This document shows, in pieces, positions 56,746 through 56,760 of a stretch of DNA of 56,760 nucleotides (the stretch's first letter is position 1; each line of letters begins with the position of its first letter). The notes beneath the pieces were generated by a model. The model was given only the letters and a program-made list of their open reading frames with translations. It was not told the origin of the DNA and made no database searches. The translations under genes and the position numbers were made by a program. This DNA comes from Rickettsiales bacterium (lineage in GTDB: Bacteria; Pseudomonadota; Alphaproteobacteria; Rickettsiales; UBA3002): assembly GCA_044341105.1 (NCBI GenBank), contig JBIISI010000002.1, positions 1 through 56,760 of the forward strand, read 5' to 3'.

Positions 56746-56760
56746 GTTACAGTTTGGTGG

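Larger units (their letters stand above)
42669..56760. mobile_element. low-GC accessory genomic island abutting the 3' end of tRNA-Ser; the right end lies beyond the window
   Basis: Composition drops abruptly right after the tRNA. The cargo is typical island content: metal efflux, a CBASS-like module and a recombinase remnant. No intact integrase and no 3'-tRNA direct repeat appear in the window. Confidence 0.6.

Noticed and set aside
42669-56760. I looked for an intact integrase, transposase, IS ends, or a direct repeat of the tRNA-Ser 3' end inside the island.
   Set aside because: None was found in the window. The only candidate is the 118-aa recombinase C-terminal fragment, so mobility cannot be claimed and the island's right boundary is undefined here.

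Overview
The window has two parts. Positions 1 to about 42,670 are GC-rich core chromosome and look alphaproteobacterial, because a PopZ/DUF2497 protein sits next to TolC. This part carries housekeeping genes (ilvD fragment, tRNA-Cys, dps, metY, a ferredoxin-NADP reductase with a 2Fe-2S ferredoxin) and a complete but non-canonical Pel-type exopolysaccharide locus. That locus runs LMW-PTP, SDR epimerase, short PelA-like hydrolase, a 1501-aa PelB, then PelD, PelE, PelF and PelG, with no PelC and no PelA deacetylase domain. Further on are an ornithine decarboxylase plus deoxyhypusine-synthase-like polyamine pair behind a long leader, a DAACS transporter-TerC-SecF string, a PAP2 phosphatase, an aminotransferase, a 502-aa unknown protein, a TetR-controlled RND multidrug efflux operon, and a glutathione-dependent formaldehyde/methylglyoxal detoxification operon. 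At tRNA-Ser(UGA) (42,581-42,668) the composition drops sharply. A hand count of single 60-nt lines gives 40/60 G+C at 20041 and 27/60 at 45241. An accessory island then runs to the right edge of the window. It contains a TerB-like/BRCT fusion protein, a serine-recombinase C-terminal remnant, and a tight CmoA-like / ICMT-family membrane methyltransferase / membrane CX5R phosphatase operon. It also holds an orphan FlgB homolog coupled to an unknown ORF, a czcCBA-type heavy-metal RND operon with a second ICMT paralog between czcB and czcA, a two-gene patatin + CD-NTase (type I CBASS-like) module, and a bestrophin-family channel. My best candidate for something undescribed is the CmoA-like/ICMT/phosphatase operon, which may be a carboxy-SAM-dependent membrane modification module. 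The variant Pel locus and the island's orphan components come next. All functional calls rest on motif recognition by eye and from memory; no database search was run.
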